A stretch of 64,000 nucleotides of DNA from assembly GCF_036321535.1 (NCBI RefSeq), contig NC_087436.1, forward strand, positions 67,024,001 through 67,088,000, given 5' to 3'. Numbering within the stretch: position 1 is the first letter of the stretch; every line of letters begins with the position of its first letter. Shown piece by piece: positions 38,293-53,324 of this stretch. The position numbers were made by a program, and so were the translations under genes. The stretch comes from Camelus dromedarius. Its lineage: Eukaryota. Below the pieces are notes generated by a model that worked only from the letters and a program-made list of their open reading frames with translations, searched no databases and had not been told where the DNA came from.

Positions 38293-40194
38293 AGAATTCA
38301 TACCTCAGTCTGACAATTTTTGCTTTCAATGATTAAGATGAAATGTGAGCTACATCCAAAATAGAACTGAGAATCATAAAATTGAGCAAGCCATTTCAGT
38401 AAGTGGTCCAACTGCCTAGGCAGTAGTGATTCTCAGAATCAGATAGATTATGATTTTTGGTGAACTATCAGGTTTGGCCTGGAAGGTTTTCTGAATCTGG
38501 CTAAAATTAGGGTTAAACTCTGACCTCAGTTGGGGACAAAATCATCTAAATAAAAAATCCACATCAAGGATAAAGAAGACAATGAGCTCGCTAGAATACA
38601 TTGACCACCATGGCTCATAGTGAGAAGAAAGGTACGCTGTACTAATTGCAGCCGTTTATTTCATATCCCATCTCCTGCTGGCACCATATACTAATCAAAC
38701 CTGCTTGCTTAGGAATTGTGTCAAGAAATAGGTGGAACTAAGCCCTAGTAATTTAAAGACAGCATATCATTGTTTGCTATTGAATCCTGAGACTGTAACA
38801 GTGTGTGGCACACAATAGGCATTTAATCACTATTTGTTGAGTGTTTAGCACTTGGAAGCTATTAAAGGTCTTTCCAGTGGAAGATGGTAAATTAATACCA
38901 TATTCTTCTTAGGATTTACTTTCTTTATAATATCAGACATGAAATTTTGCTGAAGAAGATATTCTGTAGTTACTATTGTATCCTTTGTCACTTTAATTCC
39001 AAAGCATATTATATTTCATATTTTTATATTTAAAATTTTAATTCTGAGTAAAGAACTACAGTAATAAAAGTATTCTAGGTGGTGGAGGATATGGAGCAAT
39101 TGGTCTACTGACTCACAATACAGAACAGTGATGAGCAATGGAATTTAATTTTTCATCTCATCGTCTCTTCCCTCTTAAGACAGTCTAGTGTCACCCTCAT
39201 GAAGCAGCAGATTGATGCAGTTGTACTTTAAATAAGCCTTGACTCAGAGTGGAAATCAGCCTTGTTGAAGGAACTCCTGAGCAGGGAAAAAAAAAAATCC
39301 CAGGACATTAGAGAGCAATTGAGTATTTAAAGAATCATTCAAAGGAGAACCCTCAGTAAGTATCAGAGTAAGCAATTTTATCCATATTAAAAAAAAAAAA
39401 TGAAGAGCTGGGTCTACTCAGGCAAGAACTGAATATGTCATTTTATAGAATCTTAATATAACAGAAATGAAACATGTGTCACTAATCCACCTTGTCAGCT
39501 TATACAGCTTTTGAGAGTGAAAGGTTCTCAGTAATAACATTAATTATTATTAAACATTACTAGCTTAGTGTTGTAGAGAATATAAACACCAATACTTACA
39601 CAGCCTCTTAGTAAAATGTACTTTAATTTTTTTAGGACATTTTAGAGTTGGCTATCAATTTCAAACATAACATATTGTAGAACTGCCATTTAATAATTTT
39701 TAGAACTAGCAAGTGCAAGCCATTTCTTCTTAAGTGGCACATGCTCCACTTTTTGTCTTCTCCTGATCTTTACCACCTGCTAGCAGTGTTTTAGGCAACA
39801 AAACAGCAGTGTTCTCAGCAGCCTCCTCCAAAATGGTAACTATTCAGATGTTCACAATAAGCAAAAACCTTTAAGCCTATGATAAATGCTTTTTATTTTT
39901 AAATTTATTTTCATTGTCCCTTTACTCTTCCATTGTAATTAAAAATTGTAAAGGTGTTTTAAAACTCTACTTAGGGTGTATATGTGAACACATAGGTGTA
40001 TAGATTAAAAAATTCAGAGTTGAATTAAATATCTCTGAATTTGTCTATCTATAATTATATATATTTTTTGAATCAGTTCTCTGACATCCAGAAATTAACT
40101 ATCCTTCTTTGGCATTATTTTATAGTTCCTGGCTTTCTAATTATTTTTCCTCTTGTGAACAAATGTTTGGCTTTTTTTTTCCCCAGGTGGAAAG

Positions 40195-40557
40195 TGCCTT
40201 AGTCTGTTCAGTCTGCTCTCACAAAATACGACAGACTGGGTGGCTTACAAAAAACAGACTTATTTCTCACAGTTCTAGAGGCTGTGAAGTCCAAGATCAA
40301 GATGTCAGCAGATTCAGTCTCTAGTAAGAACCCTCTTCCTGGTTCATAAACAGCTATCTTTTCACTATGTCCTCACATGATATGAGGAGCAGCGATCCCG
40401 CTGGGGCCTCCTGTACAAAGGCACTGATACCATCCATGAGGGATCTGCTCTCGTGACCTAATCAATTCTCAAAGGTTGTACCTCCTACTACCATCATTTC
40501 GGGGGTTAAGATTTCAACATTTGAAATTTTGGGGACACAAACTTCCAGTCTCTAGAG
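40195..40557 (-). mobile_element. MaLR solo LTR (MLT1A/A0-like), full length with perfect 5-bp TSD
   Basis: tgccttagtctgttcagtctgct..acagactgggtggctta..tttctcacagttctagaggctg.gaagtccaagatcaag...ggggacacaaac. GAAAG is duplicated at 40190-40194 and 40558-40562. Confidence 0.9.
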
Positions 40558-42049
40558 GAAAGTGATGCTCAATATTAATCATGTTCTTTTTTAAATGAAA
40601 ACTTTTTATTAGTCAAAAGAAAATTTGATAATATATAAACAGTTTGAAAGGTGTAAAAGCAACAAATATTGAACAATGACTCAATTTAACAATAATTTTG
40701 AATACTGAATAAGTCTGTTTAAACAGTATATCTAGAATTAACTATTGGTAGAAAAATCCATTTATGATATTGTAAATTATTGATGTCTTCTATGCACTGT
40801 TTATTTGGCATTTCAAATGAAGTTAAAACTTCTGATTATTTTAAGAAAGAGCAAAAGGCAATGTTTTAATCAAAATATAAAATAAGATTGAATATTTTAA
40901 ATTGATCCCTATACTATTAAGGGAACAAATGAAATTAATGGTCACACAGTTTTAAAGATCTAAACAGTTATAAATGCCCAATTTTCTTCAAGGAAATAAA
41001 TATGACTACAGATTGGTCTGAGTAGGATGATACTCACAACTTTAAAAATAAAACTGTGTGGGTAGGTTTCATTATTTTATCCACATTTTACTAGAATGAA
41101 GTAAAGACTTGAATGAGCTAAGAATGTAAAAAATTACATTACAGTGCTTTTGTATTTGAGATGAAGAATAGTCAAAAGAAAGACATTTACAAGGGCAACC
41201 TTGAAAGCATCCAAATACTCATTTTTTTCCCACTGAACTACAAAGTGCAAGGAGAAATTATAAAACAGATGATATTATTCTGCATACTAAAAGTTCAATT
41301 TAATTAAATAAATTTATGTAAGCACCTACTTTTGAAAAATAATATGCTAAGTGATCAGACTTAGACACAAATGACTCAATGCTTGACCTCAAGGAATTCA
41401 GTCTGTTAGAAAGACAGACAAGTTAAACCAACCAAACAATACAGTGTGATAAATTCCTTAAAAAAGGGGAGGAAAGATCCTAAAATTTGACAAAAGAGGT
41501 GGCCTAAACTCAGCTTACGGTAGAAGTGGGACAGTCTGGGAAAACATTCCTAGAAAAAGTTAACTGAAAAAAGTGTTCAAGGGTAAACAGTCATTCAAGC
41601 AGACAGGTGGAGCAAAATTTTCCATTCATGTTGAAAAATGTTTCACAACTAAATGAAAATACATTGGACCAAAATAAAAAAATAAAATACATGGACCAAA
41701 AAATCATATACATAGCATGTAAATTTTTTTAGGGAAAAAAGTTGACAGACATGTACATTTTCTTTCAATTGATTTTGGACATATCTTATGATAAATAGCA
41801 CTGATTTGGGTCCTCACAAAATGAGAGGTACTCAACAGATTTGGGAGGAAATGAAATGATAGAGATTAGTGACAAATTAGGATAGTTACTTATTTCTTAT
41901 TTTTGGCTGGTTTACTTTAGAAAATTACGTGAAGTAGTTTATATGCAAATAAATATTTTTAAAGGTTAAAGCTTTTTAACTTTAAAGTTCAAGCTTTTGC
42001 AGTTTAGTTCTACTAACCCTCTTGCAGATAGATATATGAGATAGAAAAA

Positions 42050-45000
42050 CATCTAATTGAAGGCAATGTAGAATGATCAAATCTAGCAGAACCTGGAGAC
42101 AACTCTGTCCTTAAGTAGAAACTGGGACAAATGAGATTTACAAATTTTCAGATTTTGCCTGAAGGCACCTTTCAATTGAATACCACTCATGTAGTAGATA
42201 ACCATGACATTACTAGCTTAAGGTGCCAGAGGACAGAGTCTGGGGCAAGGAAAGCATTTGGTAATTTAAGGAGGAAACTCTGGAAAGAGTAAGTTTGTTA
42301 GGAGATGGAAAAAAGTGTTTAAAAACTGCACAAATCCTGATTAAACACTAAATTTTTTATGCATGGAAGAAAATGCTGAGCACTCCCCCACCAATGGTAG
42401 CAGCTCAAATCTGAAAGATCTGAATGGCTATTTCAGTTGCTACCCATGCAAGGGAGACACAATTTGAGTTCAGCCAAGTAAATTTCATGCTTGAATAAAA
42501 ATCAACCCTCTGAGGAGAATTATAACAGTATGTAGAGTCTCTACAATGTCTCATATTTAGTATATAAAATGACCAGTCAGAACTCATGAGAATGCAAATA
42601 AGCATTAAAATATAACATTTATACAGAAAAAAATGTCAATAGAAAACCTTCCTGAAATTATCAAGATACTGCAATTAACAATCTAGGAGTCTAAAGTAGC
42701 TATTAAAATATGCTCAATTAGTTAAAGAAAAATATAGTCATAATGAATAATCACATGAGAAATCATCAAAGAAAAAGAACTATATTAAAAAAAGAACTGA
42801 ATCAATACAGTGAAGGTAAGAAGTACAATAACTGAAATGAAGATTTTACTGCATGAATTGATAAGAAGTAGGATGTAGCAAAAGAAAACGTTGGTGAACT
42901 TGAAGATCAGTTGAAAATAGCCATTCTGAATAATTGAGAGAGATATTAATCACTCTAAAATATATGTAATTGATGTCTTAGAGGAGAAAACAGAGGAAAT
43001 AGGGCAGAAAATTACTTGAATAAATATTATGGCACCAAATTCACAAATTTGGAGAAAAAGCATCAAACTACAGACACAGGTACTTCAAAAAATTAAGTCA
43101 TTGTCAAACTGTGGATATCAAAAGATAAAGATATATAAAGACAAAAGACAAATGATGCATTACAAACACAAGAACAGGAATTAAAATAACTGCTGATTTA
43201 ACATTATAAAAAATGGAGCTTAGATTACAACAGAATAACATGTTTAATGTGCTGAAAAAAGATACTGTCAATGGGAATGCTGTTATTTAGAGAAACACCC
43301 CTTCAAAAATGAAGGGAAAAAGAGACATTTTATGTAACCCAAACAGAGAATTCTTTATATTCAAACTTGCATACAAAAAATGCTAAGGAAGCAATTCAGG
43401 CTGAAGGAAAAGAACACCAGATGATAACTTGAATATATATGAAGAAGTACAGATGCTAAATGTGCGTAAATTAAAAAAAAATTTTTTGTTTCCAGCCAAG
43501 ATGGAGTAAATGGGACCAGATTTACTTTCCCACCCAAAACAACTAAAAATCTAGACAAAATAAATGAAACAATGAATCACAGCAGCAATGTAAAAGTGAT
43601 CCTAAGAGACTGGAAAGAAATGAGATGTGCCATATAACTGCTTCAGCTTACTGTCTGGAAAGCTTAACTCAGGCAGAACTCAACTGTCTCTCTGAGTAGA
43701 GATGGATCTGAGAGTTCAGGAACGTAAGGCAGTCAAAGTTCACAGTGCAGAGTACAAGAGAGGAGAAAGGAAGAGAGAGAATGAGAGAGAGGGATCCAGA
43801 TTTCGGCAGTGTCAGCATAATAATAATTGATGAGTTCATATATGGAAAATACCTGACTTCAGAAAAAGAATCATCAAAAGTGATTAGAAATAACAATCTG
43901 CAAAGCTCAAACAGAGTGAAGAATATTCCTTGTTCTCAAAAGCCAGAGTGGAAAATTTCATAATTCAAAAAGTAACAGATGGAATACAAAAGAGATTTTA
44001 CTTAATGGTTTATAAAATTAACACTAGACTGAACACTGATCTGCTTCCATCTAATGAAGTTCAAAGACAATATTCACAAAGATCAAATCATTTCTGTGTA
44101 AGTTAACTGTGTCCTGAAAGATAGCTCAGTATCTACAGGAATAGAAAAAAATATCCATCATCCAACAAGAACAAACTCACAATGTCTACTCTATCATCTT
44201 ATCAAATATTATCATGCATCCCACAAGCAGAATAAACTGCCCATAAGAAAAAAAAAAACACTATCAAAATAATCTGAGATATGACACAGATGACAGAGTT
44301 AGTAGGTAGGGATATTGAATATATAGTGACAAAAAATATCCAAAAATGAAATACAGAATAAATAAAGCATCATTATTTGCAATGGCCAAAAACATGGAAC
44401 AACTCTAACTCCCATCAAAAATGGAATGGTTAAACAGTCAGAGAGTTATTGATGCAACAAAATGCTACTCAGTATCACATAAGAATGGTAATACAGAACT
44501 CATATATAGAACTATGTGGATGAATAGTAAAATAATCTTTCAATGAGAAGCCAAAGAATATAGTAAATTCTGTATGAATCTATACAATTTTTCTTAAATG
44601 CACATTAATACTAATACAGTGTCCACTGATCCTAGGTTCAATTCCCAGTACCTCCATTAAAAAAAAAAGTGTGATATTATCTTAACAATACATTGTAAAT
44701 ACATGTAACAATACATAGTGATTTGAAAAACCAGAAATATACCCACACTTACATGAGTCTTTTTAACAACTGGTGCTGGTCTCACTGGATATACCCATAT
44801 GGAAACAAAATCAACTATAACCCTTATCTTACACAATACACAGAAATTAATTCAAGGTGAATAACAGGTCTAACTGTAAAGACTAAAACAATAAAACTTT
44901 TAGAATAAAAACCACAAGAATATCTTCATGACCTTGTATCATTAGTCATCAGAGAAATACTCCAAATTAAAACTACAATAAGATATTGCTAGATACTCAC

Positions 45001-45785
45001 AAGAGAGGCTAAATTGATAATGGCTGATGACAGTCAAATGTCAGTGAAGTTGTGGAGCTATCAGAACTCTTATTCACTGCTGATGGGAATGTAAGTGGCA
45101 TAATCACTTTAGAAATAAAGGTTTGGAAATTCTTACAAAATAAACATTTAATCCAGGTATCTAAACAAAAAAAATTTTGTCCAAATGTTTATAGAAGCTT
45201 CGTTTATAACAGCCAAAAACTATGCATAACTCTAATGTCAATCATCAGATGGGTAAATATGTGGTAAATTCATATCATGCATCAATATTATACCAAAAAC
45301 AAACAACAACAACCCAAACTATTGATACACACAACAACATGAATGACACTCACTGACATTATGGTGAGACAGAGAGTCTGGACAGAAAAGAGTACATACA
45401 TATGATTCCACAAATATGAAGTTCTAGAAAGGGCAAAACTAATATATGGTTAAAAATCAGAATTGTGTTTATCTCTGGAGTTGAGAGCAACTGACTGGCA
45501 GGAACATGAGGAAACATCCGGACTGATGGGAATATTCTATATCTTTTTAGGAAATGTGGACTATATGGGTATTCATTTATCAAAATTATATATTTAACAG
45601 TTGTGCATCTTAATTTTTGCAAATTGTACCTGAAAAAAATGAGAGAGTGAGGAGTGGTAGGAAGCATAGATTAAACAATAATGCTGATCACAAATACTGA
45701 TGCTTTCTGGAACTGGGTGATGAATGTATCAGGATTCACTGTACTATATTTGAAATTCTCCACGTCAAAATGTTTAAAAGATAAA
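42050..45785 (+). mobile_element. Cluster of old L1 (L1M-type) fragments: 5'/ORF1 pieces, a second 5' end at ~43490, ORF2 C-terminus and 3' UTR
   Basis: ORF1-like gtacaataactgaaatgaag..ttggtgaacttgaagat, ccttcaaaaatgaagggaaaaagagacattt. 5'-end-like ttccagccaagatggagtaa. ORF2/3'-like cattagtcatcagagaaat..aaactacaataagata, gatgggaatattctatatct. Confidence 0.75.
44629..44668 (+). mobile_element. Severely 5'-truncated tRNA-derived SINE (camelid Vic-1-like) with poly-A
   Basis: atcctaGGTTCAATTCCcagtacctccattaaaaaaaaaa contains a Pol III B-box followed by a short tail and A10. Confidence 0.6.
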
Positions 45786-45969
45786 AGTGCATGAGTTCCA
45801 CTATGAAGAGCATGTGTGTTTTTGTGGGGAACTGGGTGCCTGTAATAATTATTGCAAAAAATCAAGGCTAAAAAGGAACTTTATGGAGAATAAAACTGGA
45901 AACCCTAGAAAGAAGATCATGTAAATTACTGCCTCTTTTTTAACATAACACTCTAATCAGGAGGAGCAT

Positions 45970-46205
45970 CAAGGTGTAAGAAGGCAGAGAGTTTATGTAT
46001 TAGAGAGACTCAGGTTTACATTTTTGTTCTTCTTTATTAGCTTTGTTAATTTATGCAAAGCAATTAACCTTTCTGAGCTTCAGCTTATTCAACTCAAAAA
46101 CGAGATTAATTATCCCTAACTCAAAAGTTGGTAATGAAGATTTGGCAACCTTACTATATTGTAAGCATTTACCACATTGCATGAAATTTACTATGTATTA
46201 AATGA
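45970..46205 (+). mobile_element. MIR remnant
   Basis: tttattagctttgttaatttatgcaaagcaattaacctttctgagcttcagcttattc...aaagttggtaatgaagatt. Confidence 0.6.
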
Positions 46206-47934
46206 AATTTTGTTTTTCTTATTCCACAGCCCACCCTTCATTACCACCCCAGCCTTCTTAAAGAAGCTGTAAGAAATTAGGGTTCATATTATTTGAATTA
46301 ATTCATGTATCCTTCTTGTCTTGGAAAACAAAGGTCAAGGGTAGGAAAGAATAATATGGTAGAAAGAAAATTAGATTTACACTCAGACTAGGGCTGTCTT
46401 AGTTACTATCAGCTGTGAAGCTTTAGGTAACACTTCTATTGTGAAATGGATATGATAAATTACAGGATTAAATAAAATACAATAAACTTCCATGAACAGT
46501 GTTGTTTGTATATGTTTAGCACTACACAAATTGAAGCTACTTTTATTATTAGCATCAAATAGCATCGAATAAGTATTACAGAAAGGCTTATTTTGTGATC
46601 TATCCAAAGTCTAGAGTAGAAGTGAAGTTTCAAAGACTAACTAGTTTGTGTGAAGAATTTTCAATCGAGAAACTGAGTCCTGGCGTTTTGTGAAAACCAA
46701 GGGTATATATTTGTGATTTTGAATAGGAGGTTCCCTCACTGATGCAAAGGACAAAATACCCTTTATATCCTTTCTTAAGGCATTGCATCTGTGGACTTGG
46801 AATAATTTTGCAAGTATAGTGGCTCACATAATTTAACTAGAGCATAAGCAGCAAAGAAGATTTAAGAAGATTTATGTGATAGTGCATATTTAGCAAAACT
46901 GGAGTCCAAGAGTGAATAAATTTGTTCTGATGCTGAAAGCTGTAATTCTGAAGAGTTGAGCAATGTTACAAAGGCAGCACATAAAAAAAGATGGCTTCTG
47001 AGCTATCATTTAGGATTAAGTTGGGAAGAAGTCTTAAATTTGTAAGAAAAATATTATTGTAGCACATGTGTCACTTGTTGATATACCTTGCAACATCTTA
47101 AATAATCAAGTTCATTTTTGTCTTTTGTAATAAGTATATAGAAGTACCAGATTTTTGATTTAGCCATAACTTTTAGGACCAAACAGAAACTCTAATGTCT
47201 AAAACATTTTTGCCTTATCCACCCCTAAAAATATATTACAGTGCTTACTTTTCATAACCTAACAAATAAGTATCATAGTATAAGGTTATGATGAATCGAG
47301 TGACCTATACTAAATTTCTTTGGGGATGTGTGTCATATATCTAGTGAAAATGGGACTCCATAAAATAATAAATGAATAACTTAAAGAATTACCAAATATA
47401 AGAACATCATGATTGAGAAACAGAAGTCTTACATGAAGTATCTTGTAATATGGAAGAGAATCTCTGGGTTTTATATCTCTTCATGGTCATAAGAAAAAGA
47501 GACCATATAACTTGTATATAAAGCTTACATTTAGAAGTACACAAAAGTACCACATACAACACAATATGAGCAACAAAACACAAACATTAAAAATGCATTT
47601 TTATTATTTCTATGTTGCACATTATCAGAACTAGAAGTGAATAGGGGTGATGTAATAGTTATTTTCTGTAAGTTTTAATTCAATTAAAATGAGCTTCTTA
47701 ATAATTGCCTTTAATGTCACTGTAGCTATTTACTTGTTAACTTATTCTTGGCTCTAATGTAACTGGTTTATTCACTGTCCTAAAAATACCATGATCTTTT
47801 TTTTTTTAAAGGCCTTGATTCTTTTTGATAATGCTTCTGTTAATAATATAAGATATTAGGCAGTATGGAAAATTTAAATATAAAAAGATATAGTCTCTGT
47901 AAGCTCAAACTGTTTGCAATTTATGGCAACTAAT

Positions 47935-48560
47935 TAAAAATATCCCCACAAGGATAAAACCCCAGGCCCAGATGGCTTGACTGGTGAATCCTACCAACCA
48001 TTTAAGGAAGAAATAAAACTAATCCTTCACAACTATTGAGGAAGAGGGAATACTTTCTAATTTATTTGTGAGGCAGTTATATCCTAGTAAGAAAAAAAAT
48101 GAAGGAAGGAAGGGAGGGAGGAAGGAAGGGAGGAAGGAAGGAAGGAAGGAAGGAAATCAGGCCAATATTTTCCTTGAATATAAATATAAAAATTCTTAAC
48201 AAAATAATAGAAAATCAAAGCTAGTGATATGTACAAAATTATTACTAACCACTACTAAGTGGGATTTATTTTCAGAATTCAGTTGTTTTAATTTTGAATG
48301 TTATTTAACATAATACACCATGTTATTTCCTCAACAGACTTCAGGAAAAGCATTTGACAAAAATCCAACGTCCATTCATAATAATCCGACAAATTAGGAA
48401 TAGAAAGGAATTTCATCAACATCAAAAAGAGTATCTCTGTAAAACTTATAGCTAATGTCATAACTGAAAGTTAAACACTACTTTCCTTATAAGACCAGGA
48501 AAAAGAGTAAGATGTCTGCTTTTGATACTTTCCAACACTGTACAGGAATTTCCTATACTC
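47935..48560 (+). mobile_element. Old L1 ORF2 (RT-region) fragment
   Basis: ccaggcccagatggcttgactggtgaatcctaccaaccatttaaggaagaa (PGPDGLTGE.YQPFKEE) and gaaaagcatttgacaaaa (EKAFDK). Confidence 0.85.
48101..48156. repeat. (GGAA)n/(GGGA)n microsatellite inside the L1 fragment
   Basis: gaaggaaggaagggagggaggaaggaagggaggaaggaaggaaggaaggaaggaaa. Confidence 0.92.
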
Positions 48561-50529
48561 ATTGAACTGTAGACATATCCAGTCAAATTTATGGCATATA
48601 ACTTACATCTCAGAAAAACTCAAAATGTTTAAGAAGAGGAATGAAATTAATTACCTTTTCTCTTTTACTTTATGTAAATCTCCTGAAGAGTTACAGAGAT
48701 ATAGAGAATAATTTTTTTTCAATATTTGCTATGTTGGATCATGAGATCAATAAAAATGCAGGAATTTTAACTTCACGTAGAATTAAAACAGAAGTTCAAA
48801 TTGTCTTACTCAGATGCAATAGATTTAAGGGTGTTAATTGGTCACCATTGTGAATATTCATTAAAATTTACTCTATTTTTTTGATCAAAAATTTTCATCT
48901 CTTTTACCAGCAGTAAGCTTACATCAATAAGTCAATCCATTCAAACTGCAAACTAAGTTAATTTCTTAAATATAATTAAAGAATTTTCATTTTTAAATGC
49001 CATATTAAGTATCTAGATAAGTACACATAATCTTATATTCTGATAAAACCGATTTTAAACTGATGCTATACATTTCAGCATCATCCATTGTAGACATTTG
49101 TATGTAGCTAACTGTATATATTTCTCATATTTTATTAGAATATCTGTAAGCTATTATTTAAAAAGGAGGGTATAAAAATGCTATTTACAAACAAGAAATA
49201 CAACATACGCACACAAATAGTTCACCCTCCAATATCCTTTAAAATGTAACTGTAATGTACATATATCAGTATTATTTGCAATATCCAGGCTTTGGGTGGG
49301 GAAAGATAAAGGGAAGAGTTTTTTTATTGATAGTGGTGTTTTATTTCTATTGATAATCTTTCAGTATCAAATCAACAAGGAATACAAACAATTACTCCAA
49401 GAAGGGAGTAAAAACAAAAAGGGCAGTGAATATAGTAATGAATGCTATCAAATGCATTCAGGATGTTCTTTTATCCAACTGAAAAAGTCTAATTAATTTG
49501 TAAATCCCACCTACAAACATATCTCAAAAATCAAACTCTAAATTCACTGATAATTAATGTAATCTACTTGAAGGCAGGCTGTGATTCTTATACTATTTTC
49601 TACTAATAACTTACATCCTGGATTATTGAAGGATTTCAATGGATATTATTAGTGGAAAGGTATATGTTCAACATGTACATTGAAAGGATGAACGTAATTC
49701 AATTCTTAAAAGTATATCATTTGAAACTATACTTATTTTTAGCAAATCTTTTCTATGCCAAAAATTTTCTATGAAACCATCTCTGAAACCTCTTTGTTAA
49801 CCGTGGCTTCCAATAGAGAACATCAGCTCATTAACAAGCTATTCAGAAATGCAGCTGTAAGTGGAATTCTGAAAAGAAACAGACATACACATACAGTGAT
49901 TTTGTGTATATATGGTGGCATACTATTAAGTTCTGTTGCCGTGCAAATTATCCTTTCAACAGTGTAAGTATTAATAGAGACGTTGGAAAGTTTGTCTATT
50001 GGTTAATAAGTGTCAGCAATTTTAGTATAAACTATGGCCAAAAAAACAATGTGAAACTTTGGTAAAGTGATTTAATTTCTCTGGATCATATGCAAGCTGA
50101 CAGTAAAATAATGGAAAATAATATTAGCCACATGTTTTCAGAATGTGACTGGAAAGATGAGGATTTCAAGATATTTTAAAATCTTTGGGGAAAATGATGC
50201 AATAAAATCATGTATTTCTATTGTAATAAAATGAAAATTAAAGGCATAGATTATAATCTCATTCAAAAGAGATATTTTTAAGTTTGCTGTTATCTAACAA
50301 GAGTTGATATAGTTAAGCTATATCAAGAAATAATGTGGCAAGAATGCAAAGGATTAGGCTAGGAGTTTAATTTAAGAATTAATTTAAATCCTATATCCAG
50401 TATAGACTCAGTATAACATGGAGTAAAACATTTCATTTTGGATCTGTTTCAACAGTGCCTCCTGTAGCTCTACAACTTATGACTTAAAAACTGAATGCTA
50501 AAGGATTTTTTAAAAAGGATTTTTAGAGG

Positions 50530-52942
50530 TTTTTTAAAAAATTTTTTTTAACATTTTTTATTGATTTATAATCATTTTACAATGTTGTGTCAAATTCCAG
50601 TGTAGAGCACAATTTTTCAGTTATACATGAACATATATATATATTCATTCACATTTTTTTCTCTGTGAGCTACCATAAGATCTTGTATATATTTCCCTGT
50701 GCTGTACAGTATAATCTTATCTATTCTACAATTTTGAAATCCCATCTATCCCTTCCCACCCTTCGCCCCCTTGGCAACCACAAGTTTGTATTCTATGTCT
50801 ATGAGTCTATTTCTGTTTTGTATTTATGCTTTGTTTTTTTTGTTTTTTTTTTAGATTCCACATATGAGCGATCTCATATGGTACTGTTCTTTCTCTTTCT
50901 GGCTTATTTCACTTAGAATGACATTCCCCAGGAGCATCATGTTGCTGCAAATGGCGTTATGTTGTTGGGTTTTATGGCTGAGCAGTATTCCATTGTATAA
51001 ATATACCACTTCTTCTTTATCCAGTCATTCGTTGATGGACATTTAGGCTGTCTCCATGTCTTGGCTATTGTAAATAGTGCTGCTATGAACACTGGGGTGC
51101 AGGTGTCATTTTGAAGTAGGGTACCTTCTGGATATATGCCAAGGAGCGGGATTCCTGGGTCATATGGTAAGTCTATCCCTAGTCTTTTGAGGAAATCCAT
51201 ACTGCTTTCCATAGTGGCTGCACCAAACTGCATTCCCCTCAGCAGTGTAGGAGGGTTCCCCTTTCTTCACAGCCTCTCCAGCATTTGTCATTTGTGGATT
51301 TTTGAATGATGGACATTCTGACTGGTGTGAGGTGATACCTCATTGTAGTTTTGATTTGCATTTCTCTGATAATTAGTGATATTGAGCATTTTTTCATTTG
51401 CCTATTGATCATTTGTATGTCTTCCTTGGAGAATTGCTTGTTTAGGTCTTATGCCCATTTTTAGATTGGGTTGTTTGGTTGTTTCTTATTAAGTTATATG
51501 AGCTGCTTATATATTCTGGAGCTCAAGCCTTTGTCGGTTTCATTTGCAAAAATGTTCTCCCGTACCATAGGTTGTCTTTTTGTTTTACTTATGGTATCCT
51601 TTGCTGTGCAGAAGCTTGTAAGTTTCACTAGGTCCCATTTGTTTATTCTTGCTTTTATTTCTATTGCTTGAGTAGACTGTTCTAGGAGAACATTTCTGAG
51701 ATGTATGTCACATAATGTTTCGCCTATATTTTCTTCAAGGAGGTTTATTGTATCTTGTCTTATGTTTAAGTCTTTGATCCATTTTGAGTTGATTTTTGTG
51801 TGTGGTGTAAGGGAGTGTTCTAGCTTCATTGCTTTACATGCTGCTGTCCATTTTCCCAACACCATTTGCTGAAGAGACTTTCTTTACTCCATTGTTTATT
51901 CTTGTCTCCTTTGTTGAAGATTAGTTGGCCAAAAGTTTGTGGGTTCATTTCTGGGCTCTCTATTTTGTTCCATTGGTCTGTATGTCTGTTTTTGTACTAA
52001 TACCATGCTGTCTTGATGACTGTAGCTCCATAGTATTGTCTGAAGTCTGGGATTGTTATTCCTCCAGCCTCTTTCTTTCTCCTCAGTAATGCTTTGGCAA
52101 TTCTAGGTCTTTGATGGTTCCATATAAATTTTACTATGATTTGTTCTAGTTCTGTGAAATATGTCCTGGGTAATTGGATAGGGATTGCATTAAATCTGTA
52201 GATTGCCTGGCAATGTGACCATTTTAACAATATTGATTCTTCCAATCCAGGAGCATGGGATATCTTCCCATTTTTTAAAGTCTTCTTTAATTTCCTTCAT
52301 CAATGGATTCTAGTTTTCTGTGTATAATTCTTTCATCTCCTTGGTTAGATTTATTCCTAGGTATTTTATTACTTTGGGTGTTATTTTAAAGGGGATTGTT
52401 TCTTTACTTTCTTTTTCTGTTGATTCATCGTTAGTGTAAAGAAATGCAACTGATTTTTTGAACGTTAATCTTGTAACCTGCTACCTTGCTGAATTCTTCG
52501 ATCAGCTCTAGTAGTTTTTGTGTGGACCTTTTAGGGTTTTCTATATATAGTAACATGTCATTGGCATATAGTGACACTTTTACGTCTTCTTTTCCAATTT
52601 GGATCCCTTTTATTTCTCTCTCTTGCCTGATTGCTGTGGCTAGGACTTCCTAGATGATGTTCAATAGGAGTGGTGATAGTGGGCATCCTTGTCTTGTCCC
52701 AGATTTTAGTGGGAAGCTTTTGAGTTTTTCACCATTGAGTACTATGCTGGCTGTAGGTTTGTCATATATTGCTTTTAATATGTTGAGATATGTTCCCTCT
52801 ATACCCACTTTGGTGAGAGTTTTTATCATAAATGGGTGTTGAATTTTATCAAATGCTTTCTCTGCATCTATTGAGATGATCATGTGGTTTTTGTCCTTTC
52901 TCTTGTTGATGTGATGTGTTACATTGATTGATTTATGTATGT
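50530..52942 (-). mobile_element. Young lineage-specific L1, 5'-truncated (~2.4 kb): RT to C-terminus of ORF2 plus 3' UTR; frameshifted and inactive
   Basis: ORF fragments [35 protein letters not shown] (52883-52650), ..[28 protein letters not shown], ..LTPHTKINSKWIKDLN.., ..[15 protein letters not shown].. lie in different frames. T-rich tail at ~50530-50550. Confidence 0.96.
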
Positions 52943-53324
52943 AGAATTTTTAAGGCATAAAAAAAATCAGTCTAGTAAATTGGATTACTACTATAATGTG
53001 AAGGTTTTGGATAAAGCTACTAGGCTGTGATAAACAATTTTGGTTGTTTATGTCATTCATTATGAACCTGCCATCTTGGGAAACTCATCCCCTTTCCGTG
53101 GGGTTACATGTGTCTGCCCAGCAATTGCTTTGTTAAACGACACAAATGACTCTATGCTCTGATCAAGAAGAACTGGATTTAGCATATCTACCTGGATCGA
53201 GTCAACAGATTTTCTTCTTGTGGATTTACTGGGCCTGAGAAACCTCTTTTGTGCAGATGAAGCTATAACATGTAAACCAGGGGAAATCCTGGACCATTGT
53301 ATGCTACTACGTTGTCTAGACAGC

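Noticed and set aside
44629..44668. tRNA gene
   Set aside because: B-box only, with no A-box or cloverleaf, and followed by poly-A; better explained as a SINE stub.
50937..52883. Reverse-transcriptase ORFs as a novel RT system
   Set aside because: Ordinary L1 ORF2 fragments with frameshifts; no ORF1, endonuclease or promoter.
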